Positions 28,594 through 40,592 of a stretch of 64,000 nucleotides of DNA are shown piece after piece. The position numbers and the translations under genes were made by a program. Under the pieces are notes generated by a model. The model searched no databases. It saw nothing but the letters and a program-made list of their open reading frames with translations, and was not told where the DNA came from. Each line of letters starts with the position of its first letter. The first letter of the stretch is position 1. The stretch spans positions 1,824,001 through 1,888,000 of the forward strand of contig CAVQYR010000001.1 of assembly GCA_963718235.1 (NCBI GenBank). The letters run 5' to 3'. The stretch is from an uncultured Actinomycetota bacterium (lineage in GTDB: Bacteria > Actinomycetota > Actinomycetes > JAHEKZ01).

Positions 28594-29150
28594 TTCGCCG
28601 CACTTCGGGGTCGCGCCCGGTCCCCGGTCACCACGACCAGGGACCGGGCCTCCCGCCCCATCCCGCACCAGGGCGAAACCCCGGCATTAACCCGGCCGCG
28701 GTGCGGTCGCCGCGACGTCGACGAGCTGTTGACCCGATGTGCCACCGCGCTCGCGGCGCGTACGGGCTCCGGGATTCTCGGTCGGGCAAGGCGAAGGCGC
28801 CCATCCCCACCGATCCGGGGTGGGGCGCTGGGGGGTCGAGGGCCCTAAGGCCCTGACGTGTCGCCAACACGTCGGCTACGTTGCGACGACTCCCGCCGGT
28901 GAGCGCGCACCCCCCGTCGCGCTCCCGGCGGGATTCTCCTGTTCACCGGGACCGGGTCACGCCAAAGCCTTCGATCAGGAGGTCGGCCAGCCGTCGTGGG
29001 TCCGCCGCCGTCAGCTCCGCGGGGGCCAGCCAGTCCGCAGCGAGTCCGCAACTTGTCCGGCAACCGTCAACGCCGTCCAGCGGTAGTCAACGGAGTAGCC
29101 GCAGGTCAGGACCGGTTTACGCCAGAACGCGGCAGGTTGCGGCCACGCGC

Positions 29151-29183
29151 ACCGACTTCAACATGTCGACGGTCAGCCAGGCG
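29151..29183 (+). repeat. Right att site (displaced tldE 3' end)
   Basis: ACCGACTTCAACATGTCGACGGTcAGCCAGGCG followed by AGC TGA; encodes TDFNMSTVSQAS*. Confidence 0.9.
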
Positions 29184-29189
29184 AGCTGA

Positions 29190-29402
29190 TCAGGAGTCCT
29201 CGAGCCGGAAGCCCAGCTTCAGCCCGACCTGCCAGTGCTCGACGCTGCCATCCACGATGCGTCCGCGGACCTCGGTCATCTCGAACCAGTCCAGGTGGCG
29301 CAGGGTCTCCGCGGCCCGGGCGATGCCGTTGTGGATGGCGTGCTCGATGCTCTCGTCGGAGGTCCCGACGATCTCGGTGACGCGGTAGGTGCGGTTGGCC
29401 AT
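29190..29402 (-). CDS. Dodecin (flavin-binding protein)
   Basis: MANRTYRVTEIVGTS...LDWFE..EVRG...HWQV.LKLGFRLED; GAGGA RBS. Confidence 0.93.
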   Translation of the reverse strand: MANRTYRVTEIVGTSDESIEHAIHNGIARAAETLRHLDWFEMTEVRGRIVDGSVEHWQVGLKLGFRLEDS

Positions 29403-29532
29403 GGTTCCTCCTGGACTGTCGGCTCGCCTGGCCGGGTCGGGGGTTCGGACGTACCGTAGAGGGGCGCCCCGCTGGGCGCGGCAGGGGTCAGGTGCCGACC
29501 GGGCCTGACGACCATGATGCAGGTGAGACGAC

Positions 29533-29874
29533 ATGTCCCGGATCGGGGCCCTCTTCGGGCGGCACGACCATCCCGTCTACCGGATCACCAACGCCCCGGT
29601 CGGTCTCGAGGACGACCAAGGCGTCCGGGTCCGCAACTACGTGATCTCGATGGTGCTGCGGATCGTCTTCATCGTCGCCGCCGTGCTCGCCTCCGGGTGG
29701 CTGCGCTGGACCTTCGCCGCCGGTGCGGTGTTCATCCCCTACTTCGCCGTCGTGATCGCCAACGGAGGACGGGAGCGCAGTGAGCACGTCGCCTCACTCG
29801 TCACCTCCTCGACGCCGGCGCTCCCCCCGGCTCCCACACACCCAGGACCGGGCGATCCACCCGTCGGCACCTGA
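29533..29874 (+). CDS. DUF3099 membrane protein
   Basis: VYRITNA...D...R.R.Y.ISM..R...GAVFIPYFAVVIAN. Confidence 0.85.
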   Translation: MSRIGALFGRHDHPVYRITNAPVGLEDDQGVRVRNYVISMVLRIVFIVAAVLASGWLRWTFAAGAVFIPYFAVVIANGGRERSEHVASLVTSSTPALPPAPTHPGPGDPPVGT

Positions 29875-29916
29875 CCCGACGTCTCGTCGAGCGTCAGCTC
29901 GGGCTAGCGTGCCCTG

Positions 29917-30705
29917 GTGCCACGAGTGCTGACCACGTTGAGACAGCCGCGCTGGGTGCTCTTCGCCCTGTTCGCCGTCACCCTGGCCGTGCTCTGCGTC
30001 CTGGCCGGGCGCTGGCAGTGGCACCGCTGGCACGACCGGCTCGACCGGAACGCCGCCGTCGAGGCAGCGCAGAGCGGCGACCCGTTGGCCCTGGGCGACG
30101 TCCTGGTCGTCGGCACTCCGCTGGCGTCCTCCGACGAGTTCACCCTCGCTCGCGCGTCAGGGGTGTACGACGTCGCCGGTCAGGTGCTGGTCCGCAACCA
30201 CAACGGACGAGGGGGGTTCGAGGTCATCACCCCGTTCGTCACCTCAGAGGGGCCGGCCGTCCTGGTGGACCGGGGGTGGCTGCCGCAGTCGATGGTGTCC
30301 GCGAGTGCCGAGCCGGAGGTCCCCGACCCGCCGTCGGGGACCGTTGACGTCCTGCTGCGCCTGCGGCCGGCCGAGGCAAGCGCCGACAACGCGGCCGAGG
30401 CACCGGCTGGCCAGGCGTACAGCATCGACGTCGCGGCGTTCGCCGAGGACCTGCCCTACCCGGTCTTCGGCGGCTACGGCGAGCTGGTCGACGAGCAGCC
30501 GCCGGGACCGGCAGGGCTCGAGCAGCCCGAGCCACCCGCCTCGGGCAGCGGTCCGCACTTCTTCTACGCCCTTCAGTGGTGGTTCTTCGCCGGGCTGGCG
30601 CTGGTCGGCTTCGGCCTGCTGGCCAGGCGGGAGAGCAGCGCGCCGGATGCGGGTGCCCGCGCCGTCGAGCCGTCGGTCACGGTCCGGCCGGGCCTAGACC
30701 GCTGA
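29917..30705 (+). CDS. SURF1 family protein
   Basis: GRWQWHR, GFEVITP, LVDRGW, GPHFFYALQWWFF. Confidence 0.9.
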   Translation: MPRVLTTLRQPRWVLFALFAVTLAVLCVLAGRWQWHRWHDRLDRNAAVEAAQSGDPLALGDVLVVGTPLASSDEFTLARASGVYDVAGQVLVRNHNGRGGFEVITPFVTSEGPAVLVDRGWLPQSMVSASAEPEVPDPPSGTVDVLLRLRPAEASADNAAEAPAGQAYSIDVAAFAEDLPYPVFGGYGELVDEQPPGPAGLEQPEPPASGSGPHFFYALQWWFFAGLALVGFGLLARRESSAPDAGARAVEPSVTVRPGLDR

Positions 30706-31624
30706 CCCTCAGCGTGCCGGCGGAGGGGTCGAGTCGCGCCGGAGCCCCGAGCAGCAGGGCCCGCTGGACGGGGCCGTGGCCCACCTGCAGCCCGGCCAGC
30801 ACGGGCACACCCAGGTCGCCCAGGCGGTCCTCCAGCACGCGGCGCAGCGACACCGGGTCACCGCAGTCGTGCAGGCTGCCCACGACGACGCCGCGCGCGC
30901 GGTGGAACCAGCCGGCACCACGCAGCTGGGTGAGCAGCCGGTCGACCCGGTAGGGCGCCTCCCCGACGTCCTCGAGGAAGACCAGCCCACCGGCTGCCGG
31001 GACGGAGTAGCCGGTGCCCAGCGAGGCGGCCAGGAGGCTCAGCGTGCCGCCCACGAGCACGCCGGACACCGCCCCGCCTCCGGGCGGGCCCGCGACGACC
31101 AGGTCGTCGGCCGCGAGCACCTCGGGCTCGGCTCCGAACACCATCGCGTGGATCGCCTCGGCCGAGTCCGGCTGGGGCACCGGGCCGCCGAGCAGCTCGG
31201 TGGCCGGCATCGGACCGAAGACCGAGGCCAGGGACAGCCGGGTCGCCCAGGCCTCGTGCAGGGCCGTGATGTCGCTCGAGCCCACGAGGACCTTGGGGCC
31301 GGTCGCGGCCATCGCCGACCAGTCCAGGTGCTCGAGCAGCCGACCGGCGCCGTAGCCGCCTCGGGCGCAGAAGACGCCGTCGACTGCAGGGTCGGTCCAC
31401 GTCTCCTGGAGGTCCCCGGCTCGCTCGCGGTCGGTCCCGGCGAGCAGGCCCGCGTGGGCCACGGCGTGTGCGTGGGGCGCTACCACGACCTGCAGCCCCC
31501 AGGAGCGGAGCAGAGCGACCCCGCCCGCGAGCCGTCCGGTCGGTACCGGTGAGCTGGGGGCCACGAGGGCGACGGTCGAACCAGGGCGGAGGGGTTCCGG
31601 GATCGTCCGGGTCGGCAGGTTCAC
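30677..31624 (-). CDS. LD-carboxypeptidase (S66 family)
   Basis: VALVAPSSP, ARGGYG, GSSDIT (Ser), FLEDVGE (Glu), VGHG (His); start GTG 31624 inside the longer ORF. Confidence 0.9.
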   Translation of the reverse strand: MNLPTRTIPEPLRPGSTVALVAPSSPVPTGRLAGGVALLRSWGLQVVVAPHAHAVAHAGLLAGTDRERAGDLQETWTDPAVDGVFCARGGYGAGRLLEHLDWSAMAATGPKVLVGSSDITALHEAWATRLSLASVFGPMPATELLGGPVPQPDSAEAIHAMVFGAEPEVLAADDLVVAGPPGGGAVSGVLVGGTLSLLAASLGTGYSVPAAGGLVFLEDVGEAPYRVDRLLTQLRGAGWFHRARGVVVGSLHDCGDPVSLRRVLEDRLGDLGVPVLAGLQVGHGPVQRALLLGAPARLDPSAGTLRVSGLGPAGP

Positions 31625-31825
31625 GGTCTCACTCCCGATGCAGGGTCTTCGGGCACTCCCGGCCCCAGGGACGGCTCGCCAGCTGATCGTAGGCGCTGTC
31701 TCGCCCGGACGGGCCTGGGCTCGAGACCGCGAACCTGACAGGCTGGCCCTGACCTGGACCCCAGCTCCACTGCGGCCAGGCTGCGACCGACCTGCGCGGT
31801 CGACGTCGAGGACCGGGAGGACGCC

Positions 31826-32590
31826 GTGGATCTGGGGATCACCGACCGGGTGTTCGTCGTGACCGGCGGGAGTCGGGGTCTGGGTCGGGCCAGCGCCGAG
31901 GCTCTCGTTGCCGAGGGGGCCCGGGTGGTGCTGGGTGCCAGGGATCCGGAGGTGCTGGCATCGGTGGCGACGGCGCTCGGCGGGCCGGACCGGGCCGTCG
32001 GGGTGCCGACCGACCTGACCGACCCCAGTGCCCCCGAGCGGCTGATGGCCGCAGCCATGGGCCGCTTCGGTCGGATCGACGGTGCGCTGATCTCCTGTGG
32101 AGGCCCTCCACCGGGCGACGCCCTGACCACCACCGACGAGGAGTGGCGAGCCGGCTTCGAAGGCGCGTTCCTGGGACCCCTGCGGGTGGCCCGGTCGGTC
32201 ACGCAGGCCGTCGGTGAGGAAGGCGGCTCCCTCGCGTTCGTGCTGAGCTCCTCGGTGCGGTCGCCGCTCCCGGGCATGGCCACGTCGAACGGCCTGCGGC
32301 CGGGCCTGGCCGTGGTCGTGCAGCAGCTGGCCGAGGAGCTGGCCCCGCGCCAGATCCGGGTCAACGCCCTGCTGCCCGGCCGGATCGACACCGACCGGGT
32401 CCGCGAGCTCGATGCCCGGTCGGGTCGCTCGGAGACGTCGCGACGTCGGCACGAGGCGATGATCCCGCTCGGCCGGTACGGCGACCCGGTCGAGTTCGGC
32501 ACCGTCGCGGCGTTCGTGCTCTCTCCCGCCGCGTCGTACCTGACGGCTGCGCTGATCCCCGTCGACGGTGGGGCCACCCGGGTCCGGTGA
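31826..32590 (+). CDS. SDR family oxidoreductase
   Basis: MDLGI..R...VTGGSRGLG, SNGLRPGL, PGRIDTDR, PLGRYG. Confidence 0.9.
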   Translation: MDLGITDRVFVVTGGSRGLGRASAEALVAEGARVVLGARDPEVLASVATALGGPDRAVGVPTDLTDPSAPERLMAAAMGRFGRIDGALISCGGPPPGDALTTTDEEWRAGFEGAFLGPLRVARSVTQAVGEEGGSLAFVLSSSVRSPLPGMATSNGLRPGLAVVVQQLAEELAPRQIRVNALLPGRIDTDRVRELDARSGRSETSRRRHEAMIPLGRYGDPVEFGTVAAFVLSPAASYLTAALIPVDGGATRVR

Positions 32591-32609
32591 CCGGCCGGTG
32601 GGCGACCGG

Positions 32610-34502
32610 TCAGCCGACGGCGGGGGTGCCAGCCGTGGCGGCCTGGTCAGCGAACTGTGTGCGGTAGAGCTCGGCGTACAGACCACCGTCGACCAGCAGC
32701 TCGTCGTGGGTGCCCCGCTCGACGATCCGCCCGCCGTCGACCACGAGGATCTGGTCGGCGTGGCGGACCGTGGACAGCCGGTGGGCGATGACGATCGACG
32801 TGCGGCCCGCGAGGGCGACGTCGAGCGCCTGCTGCACAGCGCGCTCGGACTCGGAGTCCAGGTGCGCGGTCGCCTCGTCGAGGACCACGACGTCGGGGGC
32901 CTTGAGGAGCAGCCGGGCGATCGCCATCCGCTGCTTCTCACCGCCGGAGAGGCGGTGCCCGCGGTCGCCCACCACGGTGTCGAGCCCCTCGGGCAGGGAG
33001 GAGACGAGGTCGGCGATCCGGGCCGAGCGCAGCGACTCCCACAGCTCGTCCTCGGTGGAACCGGGCCGGGCATACAGCAGGTTCGCCCGGATCGTGTCGT
33101 GGAACATGTGGGCGTCCTGGGTCACCACCCCGATCCGGTCGTGCAGCGACTGCAGGCTGACGTCACGGACGTCGTGCCCGCCGACCTGCACACGACCGCC
33201 CGTGACGTCGTAGAGCCGGGAGATGAGTCCGGTCATGGTCGTCTTGCCCGCGCCGGATGGTCCGACGATCGCGACCAGCTCACCGGGTGCGGCGGTGAAC
33301 GAGACCCCGTGCAGCACGTCACCGGTGGGCGCCGACTCGATCCGGGCCACGGCCTCCAGCGACGCCAGCGACACCTGCTCGGCGGTCGGGTAGGAGAACT
33401 CGACCTGGTCGAACCCGACCGCCGTCGGCCCCGGCGCCAGGTTCACGGCGTGCGGCTTCTCCTGCACCATCGGGGGGAGGTCGAGCACCTCGAAGACCCG
33501 CTCGAAGCTGACCAGGGCCGTCATCACGTCGATCCGCACGGTCGACAGCGACGTCAGTGGTCCGTACAGGCGACCCAGCAGGGCGGCCAGAGCCACCAGG
33601 GTGCCGACCGAGAGGACGCCCTGGATCGACAAGAGCCCACCGACGCCGTACACCAGAGCCGTTGCCAGGGAGGCGACCAGGGTCAGGGCGGTGAAGAAGA
33701 ACCGGTTGGACATGGCGATACGCACGCCGATGTCGGCGACCCGCCTGGCGCGTCCGCTGAACTGCTCGGCCTCCTCGTCGGGTCGGCCGAACAGCTTGAC
33801 CAGGAGCGCGCCGCTCACGTTGAAGCGTTCGGTCATCGTCGAGCCCATCTCGGCGTTGAGCTGCATGGCCTCACGGGTCATCCCCGCGATTCGCCGTCCG
33901 ACGTAGCGGGCGGGAACCAGGAAGATCGGCAGCAGCAGCAGCGAGGCCAGGGTGATCTGCCACGACAGCGAGAACATGGCGATCGCGACGACGACGAGAC
34001 TGATCAGGTTCGACACGACGCTGGACAAGGTGGAGGTGAAGGCCTGCTGGGCGCCGATGACGTCACTGTTGAGTCGCGAGATCAGGGCGCCGGTCTGGGT
34101 GCGGGTGAAGAAGGCGATCGGCATCCGTTGGACGTGGTCGAAGACCTCGCTGCGCAGGTCGTAGATCAGCCCTTCGCCGATGCGCGAGGAGTACCAACGC
34201 AGGAGCAGCGACAGTCCGGCGTCGAACAGCGCCAGCACGGCCACGATGATCGCGATGGTCACCACGACCTGGGCGTCGCCAGGGGTCACCCCGTCGTCGA
34301 TCAGTCGCTGGAGCAGGAGCGGAGTGGCCACGACCAGGAACGCGTCGACCACGGTGAACCCGAGGAACAGCACGATGATCGTCCGATAGGGGGCGGCATA
34401 GCCCGCGATCCTGCGCACGGTGCCCGGCGCCAGCTTGCGGTCGACGACGGACTCGTCTCGGGAGAACGAGCGAAGCGTCGCCCACGAGCTGTTCATGGAC
34501 AT
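32610..34502 (-). CDS. ABC exporter, fused permease/ATPase
   Basis: TM domain plus GPSGAGKT, LSGGEKQR, LDEATAHLD, IAHRLST. Confidence 0.92.
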   Translation of the reverse strand: MSMNSSWATLRSFSRDESVVDRKLAPGTVRRIAGYAAPYRTIIVLFLGFTVVDAFLVVATPLLLQRLIDDGVTPGDAQVVVTIAIIVAVLALFDAGLSLLLRWYSSRIGEGLIYDLRSEVFDHVQRMPIAFFTRTQTGALISRLNSDVIGAQQAFTSTLSSVVSNLISLVVVAIAMFSLSWQITLASLLLLPIFLVPARYVGRRIAGMTREAMQLNAEMGSTMTERFNVSGALLVKLFGRPDEEAEQFSGRARRVADIGVRIAMSNRFFFTALTLVASLATALVYGVGGLLSIQGVLSVGTLVALAALLGRLYGPLTSLSTVRIDVMTALVSFERVFEVLDLPPMVQEKPHAVNLAPGPTAVGFDQVEFSYPTAEQVSLASLEAVARIESAPTGDVLHGVSFTAAPGELVAIVGPSGAGKTTMTGLISRLYDVTGGRVQVGGHDVRDVSLQSLHDRIGVVTQDAHMFHDTIRANLLYARPGSTEDELWESLRSARIADLVSSLPEGLDTVVGDRGHRLSGGEKQRMAIARLLLKAPDVVVLDEATAHLDSESERAVQQALDVALAGRTSIVIAHRLSTVRHADQILVVDGGRIVERGTHDELLVDGGLYAELYRTQFADQAATAGTPAVG

Positions 34503-34632
34503 CGGTGGGGCTCTCCTGCCGTCGGTTCCGTGGGTCACGCGTTGCCCCGGACCGAGCCGGGGAGGGATGCCGTACCGCCATGGGCCCAACGTCGTCCGCC
34601 CGATGGTGCTTCCCCGGGGCGGTGGGGGTGCG

Positions 34633-35418
34633 CTACGCGGAGGGCGAACGCGCGACCAACGCCCGCAGCAGTGGGACCTGGGCGGAGCGCTCGGCGTCCA
34701 GCTGCTGGTCCCGGCTGCGAACGCCCACTCCGGACATCAGCTGCTTGACCGCGACGAGTGCCCTTGGGGGTGTCGCCAGCAGGGCGTCCACGAGGTCGTC
34801 CACCTCCGCCCCCAGCTGCTCGGGGGCGACCAGCCGGTTCACCAGACCCAGCTGCGCGGCCTCCTCGGCGTTGACGGTGCGCCCGGTGGTGACGAGGTCG
34901 AGCGCTGCAGACGGGCCGGCCAGCTCGGCCAGGCGCCGGGTGCCGCCCAGGTCCGGGACGAGCCCCAGGGTCACCTCCTTCATGGCGAACGACGCCGAGG
35001 TGTCCACCACCCGAAGGTCGGTGGCCAGGGCGAGCTGGAAGCCCGCGCCGACGGCGGGACCCCTCACCCGGCAGATGCTGATCGCCGGGTGGTCGGCCCA
35101 CCAGGTGAAGCCGCCCTGGAACGAGGCGATCCGCTCGTCAAGGAGCGGGTCGGCCGCCAGGTCGGCGGCACTGGGCTCGTCGGCGACGGCGCCGGGCTGG
35201 AGCAGGCCAAGGTCCAGCCCGGCGGAGAAGACCGGGCCGGCCGCCTCCAGGACGAGGACGCGCACGTCGGACGGGAGCTGGTCGGGGACGTCGGCCAGGG
35301 CAAGCCACGTCGATGGCACCTGCGCGTTGCGGGGTGGTCGGTCGAGGGTGACGGTGGCCACGGGACCGTCGACCCGGACGGTCACGCCACCGGTGCCGGC
35401 TCTGGGTCGCTGCGACAC
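34633..35418 (-). CDS. Enoyl-CoA hydratase/isomerase family protein
   Basis: FSAGLDL, G.AVGAGFQLALATDLR, MKE..LGLVPDLGG. Confidence 0.9.
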   Translation of the reverse strand: MSQRPRAGTGGVTVRVDGPVATVTLDRPPRNAQVPSTWLALADVPDQLPSDVRVLVLEAAGPVFSAGLDLGLLQPGAVADEPSAADLAADPLLDERIASFQGGFTWWADHPAISICRVRGPAVGAGFQLALATDLRVVDTSASFAMKEVTLGLVPDLGGTRRLAELAGPSAALDLVTTGRTVNAEEAAQLGLVNRLVAPEQLGAEVDDLVDALLATPPRALVAVKQLMSGVGVRSRDQQLDAERSAQVPLLRALVARSPSA

Positions 35419-35430
35419 GTCGGGGAGCCC

Positions 35431-35646
35431 TCAGCCGGCCTTGCGCTGGCCTCGGGTGGCCCCGCCTCGCCCGCGCAGCGTGGTCCCTGACTCGGCCAGG
35501 ACCCGGTGCACGAACCCGTAGGAACGTCCGGTCGCCGCGGCGAGCGCGCGGATGGTCGCGCCCGACTCGTACTGACGCCGCAGGGCCTCGGACAGCTCGA
35601 CCCGGTCGGCCCCGGTGATCCGACGGCCCTTCCCCAGCTCGGCCAC
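35431..35646 (-). CDS. Small helix-turn-helix protein
   Basis: YESGATIRALAAATGRSYGFVHRVL.ESG..LRGRGG; AGGAGG RBS. Confidence 0.85.
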   Translation of the reverse strand: MAELGKGRRITGADRVELSEALRRQYESGATIRALAAATGRSYGFVHRVLAESGTTLRGRGGATRGQRKAG

Positions 35647-35767
35647 GGTCCCCTCCTGATCGGCTACAGCGAACGTCCGGTGGTGCTCCCTTCGATCATC
35701 GTGCCTCGGGTCGGTCGCGACCACCCGGGTCTTCGGTCCCGACCCGAACGCACCCCGGGGTCGGCGC

Positions 35768-37366
35768 TCAGGCCAGCGCGACGAGGTCCGCGTACCCCTC
35801 GTTCCAGAGGTCCTCGACGCCGTCGGGAAGCAGGATCAGCCGCTCCGGGGAGAGGGCGGTGACCGCCCCCTCGTCGTGGGTCACCAGGACGACGGCACCC
35901 TCGTACCCGCGCAGCGCCCTCAGCACCTCGTCGCGGCTGACCGGGTCGAGGTTGTTCGTGGGCTCGTCGAGAAGCAGCACGTTGGCGCTCGAGACCACAA
36001 GGGCGGCGAGCGCCAGGCGGGTCTTCTCACCGCCGGACAGCGTGCCCGCCGGCTGCTCGACGGTGTCCCCGGAGAACAGGAAGCTGCCCAGGACGGTTCG
36101 GGCCTCGGTCTCGGTGAGCTCCGGTGCACTGCTCATCAGGTTCTCCAGGACGCTGCGGTCGGGCACCAGCGTCTCGTGCTCCTGCGCGTAGTAGCCCAGC
36201 CGCAGCCCGTGACCGGCCTCGACCGCACCGGTGTCGGGCCTCTCCTCGCCGGCGAGAATGCGCAGGAGCGTGGTCTTCCCGGCTCCGTTGAGCCCGAGCA
36301 CGACCACGCGCGATCCGCGGTCGATGGCCAGGTCGACGTCGGTGAAGATCTCCAGGGACCCGTACGACTTGGAAAGCTCCGACGCCATCAGCGGGGTCTT
36401 GCCACACGCGGCCGGCTTGGGGAACCGCAGCCGCGCCACCTTGTCGGCGTGTCGCTGTTCGGCGAGTCCTGACATCAGCCGGTCGGCCCGCCGGGCCATG
36501 TTCTGCGCCGCCTTGGCCTTGGTCGCCTTGGCCCGCATCCGGTCGGCCTGGTCGCGCAGTGCACCTGCCTGCTTCTCGGCGTTGGCTCGCTCGCGGCGGC
36601 GGCGCCGCTCGTCGACCTCACGCTGCTTCAGGTAGGCGGACCAGCCGACGTTGTACACGTCGAGGACGGCGCGGGTCGCGTCGAGGTGCATCACCTTGTT
36701 GACCGTGGTCTCGAGGAGGGCCACGTCGTGGCTGATCACCACGAGGCCGCCTCGGTGTGAGGCCAGGAACTGGCGCAGCCAGCCGATCGAGTCGGCGTCC
36801 AGGTGGTTGGTGGGCTCGTCCAGGAGCAGGGTCTCGGCATCGCTGAACAGGATGCGGGACAGCTCGACCCGTCGGCGCTGCCCGCCGGAGAGGGTCTGCA
36901 GGGGTTGGCCGAGCACGCGGTCCGGCAGCCCGAGGCTGGCCGCGATGGACGCCGCCTCGGACTCCGCGGAGTACCCACCGGCGGCCAGGAACTCCGTCTC
37001 GACCCGGCCGTACGCCGCCAGGGCCTTGTCCCTCACGACGTCGTCGGTCGAGGCCATCTGCCCCTCGATCGCCCGGAGCCGGGCCACCGTGGCGTCCAGC
37101 CCGCGAACGCTCAGGATCCGGTCCCTGGCGAGCATCGTGAGGTCCCCCGTGCGGGGGTCCTGCGGCAGGTAGCCCCAGGTCCCGGAACGTTGCACGTGGC
37201 CCGCTGCCGGGAGCGCCTCGCCGGCGAGCACCTTGGTGAGGGTGGTCTTGCCCGCCCCGTTGCGCCCGACCAGTCCCACCCGGTCGCCCGGACCGACCCG
37301 GAACGTGGCGTGCTCGAGCAGCAGCCTGGAGCCAGCACGCAGCTCGAGGTCACGGACGGTGAACAA
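35768..37366 (-). CDS. ABC-F family ATP-binding protein
   Basis: Two NBDs (GRNGAGKT, GLNGAGKT; DEPTNHLD, DEPTNNLD), charged linker, no TM. Confidence 0.92.
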   Translation of the reverse strand: MFTVRDLELRAGSRLLLEHATFRVGPGDRVGLVGRNGAGKTTLTKVLAGEALPAAGHVQRSGTWGYLPQDPRTGDLTMLARDRILSVRGLDATVARLRAIEGQMASTDDVVRDKALAAYGRVETEFLAAGGYSAESEAASIAASLGLPDRVLGQPLQTLSGGQRRRVELSRILFSDAETLLLDEPTNHLDADSIGWLRQFLASHRGGLVVISHDVALLETTVNKVMHLDATRAVLDVYNVGWSAYLKQREVDERRRRRERANAEKQAGALRDQADRMRAKATKAKAAQNMARRADRLMSGLAEQRHADKVARLRFPKPAACGKTPLMASELSKSYGSLEIFTDVDLAIDRGSRVVVLGLNGAGKTTLLRILAGEERPDTGAVEAGHGLRLGYYAQEHETLVPDRSVLENLMSSAPELTETEARTVLGSFLFSGDTVEQPAGTLSGGEKTRLALAALVVSSANVLLLDEPTNNLDPVSRDEVLRALRGYEGAVVLVTHDEGAVTALSPERLILLPDGVEDLWNEGYADLVALA

Positions 37367-37427
37367 CAGCGGGCCTTCTCAGATGAGGGCGACCGGGGTC
37401 GCCGCGGGCTGGTCTTCTCGGACCGGG

Positions 37428-37756
37428 TCAGACGTTGAAGCCGAGGGCGCGCAGCTGCTCGCGGCCGTCGTCGGTGATCTTGTCCGGGCCCCAGGGAGGC
37501 ATCCACACCCAGTTGATCCGGACCTCGTCGACCATCTCGTGCAGGGCGACCCGGGTCTGGTCCTCGATCACGTCGGTCAAGGGGCAGGCAGCCGATGTCA
37601 GGGTCATGTCGATCGTGGCCACGCCGTCGGTGACGGTGATCCCGTAGACGAGGCCGAGGTCGACCACGTTGATCCCGAGCTCCGGGTCGACGACGTCGCG
37701 CATGGCCTCGGTGTAGTCGTCGTCGGCCAGGGTGGTGATGGGGCCGCTGGGCTCGG

Positions 37757-37760
<4 letters not shown>
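37428..37760 (-). CDS. sufT: SufT/DUF59 Fe-S maturation factor
   Basis: DPELGINVVDLGLVY, TLTSAACP, WVWMPPW; AAGGAG RBS; ATGA overlap with the sufU stop. Confidence 0.9.
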
Positions 37761-40271
<2,511 letters not shown>

Positions 40272-40275
<4 letters not shown>

Positions 40276-40592
40276 GCGATGGTCTCCTCGACGTCGACGA
40301 GGACCTTGCCGTCCTCGAGCTTCACGGGGTGCACGGGCACCGGCTCGGTGGCCGGCAGTGACAGCGGGCGTCCGGTGCGCAGGTCGAACCGGGAGCCGTG
40401 CAGCCAGCACTCGATCTCGCACCCGTCGACCTCGCCCTCGGACAACGAGACCTGCCCGTGGGAACAGATGTCACCGATGGCGAACACCTCGCCCTCGGAC
40501 CGGACCAGGCAGACGGGGACACCGTCGACGTGGACCAACAACGGGAATCCGTCGGCGAGCTCCTCGTCGGAGGCCACGGGACGAAAGGTCAT
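40272..40592 (-). CDS. Rieske-type ferredoxin
   Basis: CSH...CWLHGSRFDLRTG; within the suf operon. Confidence 0.9.

Larger units (their letters stand above)
22848..29189. mobile_element. Decayed integrative element (genomic islet) in the tldE 3' end
   Basis: Bounded by a 32/33-bp direct repeat; tyrosine integrase beside the left repeat; IS110 remnant and cargo inside. Confidence 0.88.

Noticed and set aside
31625-33073. Long N-terminal extension of the S66 peptidase (798-aa ORF)
   Set aside because: Overlaps the SDR gene in antisense and the ABC gene in another frame; peptidase similarity starts at 31624
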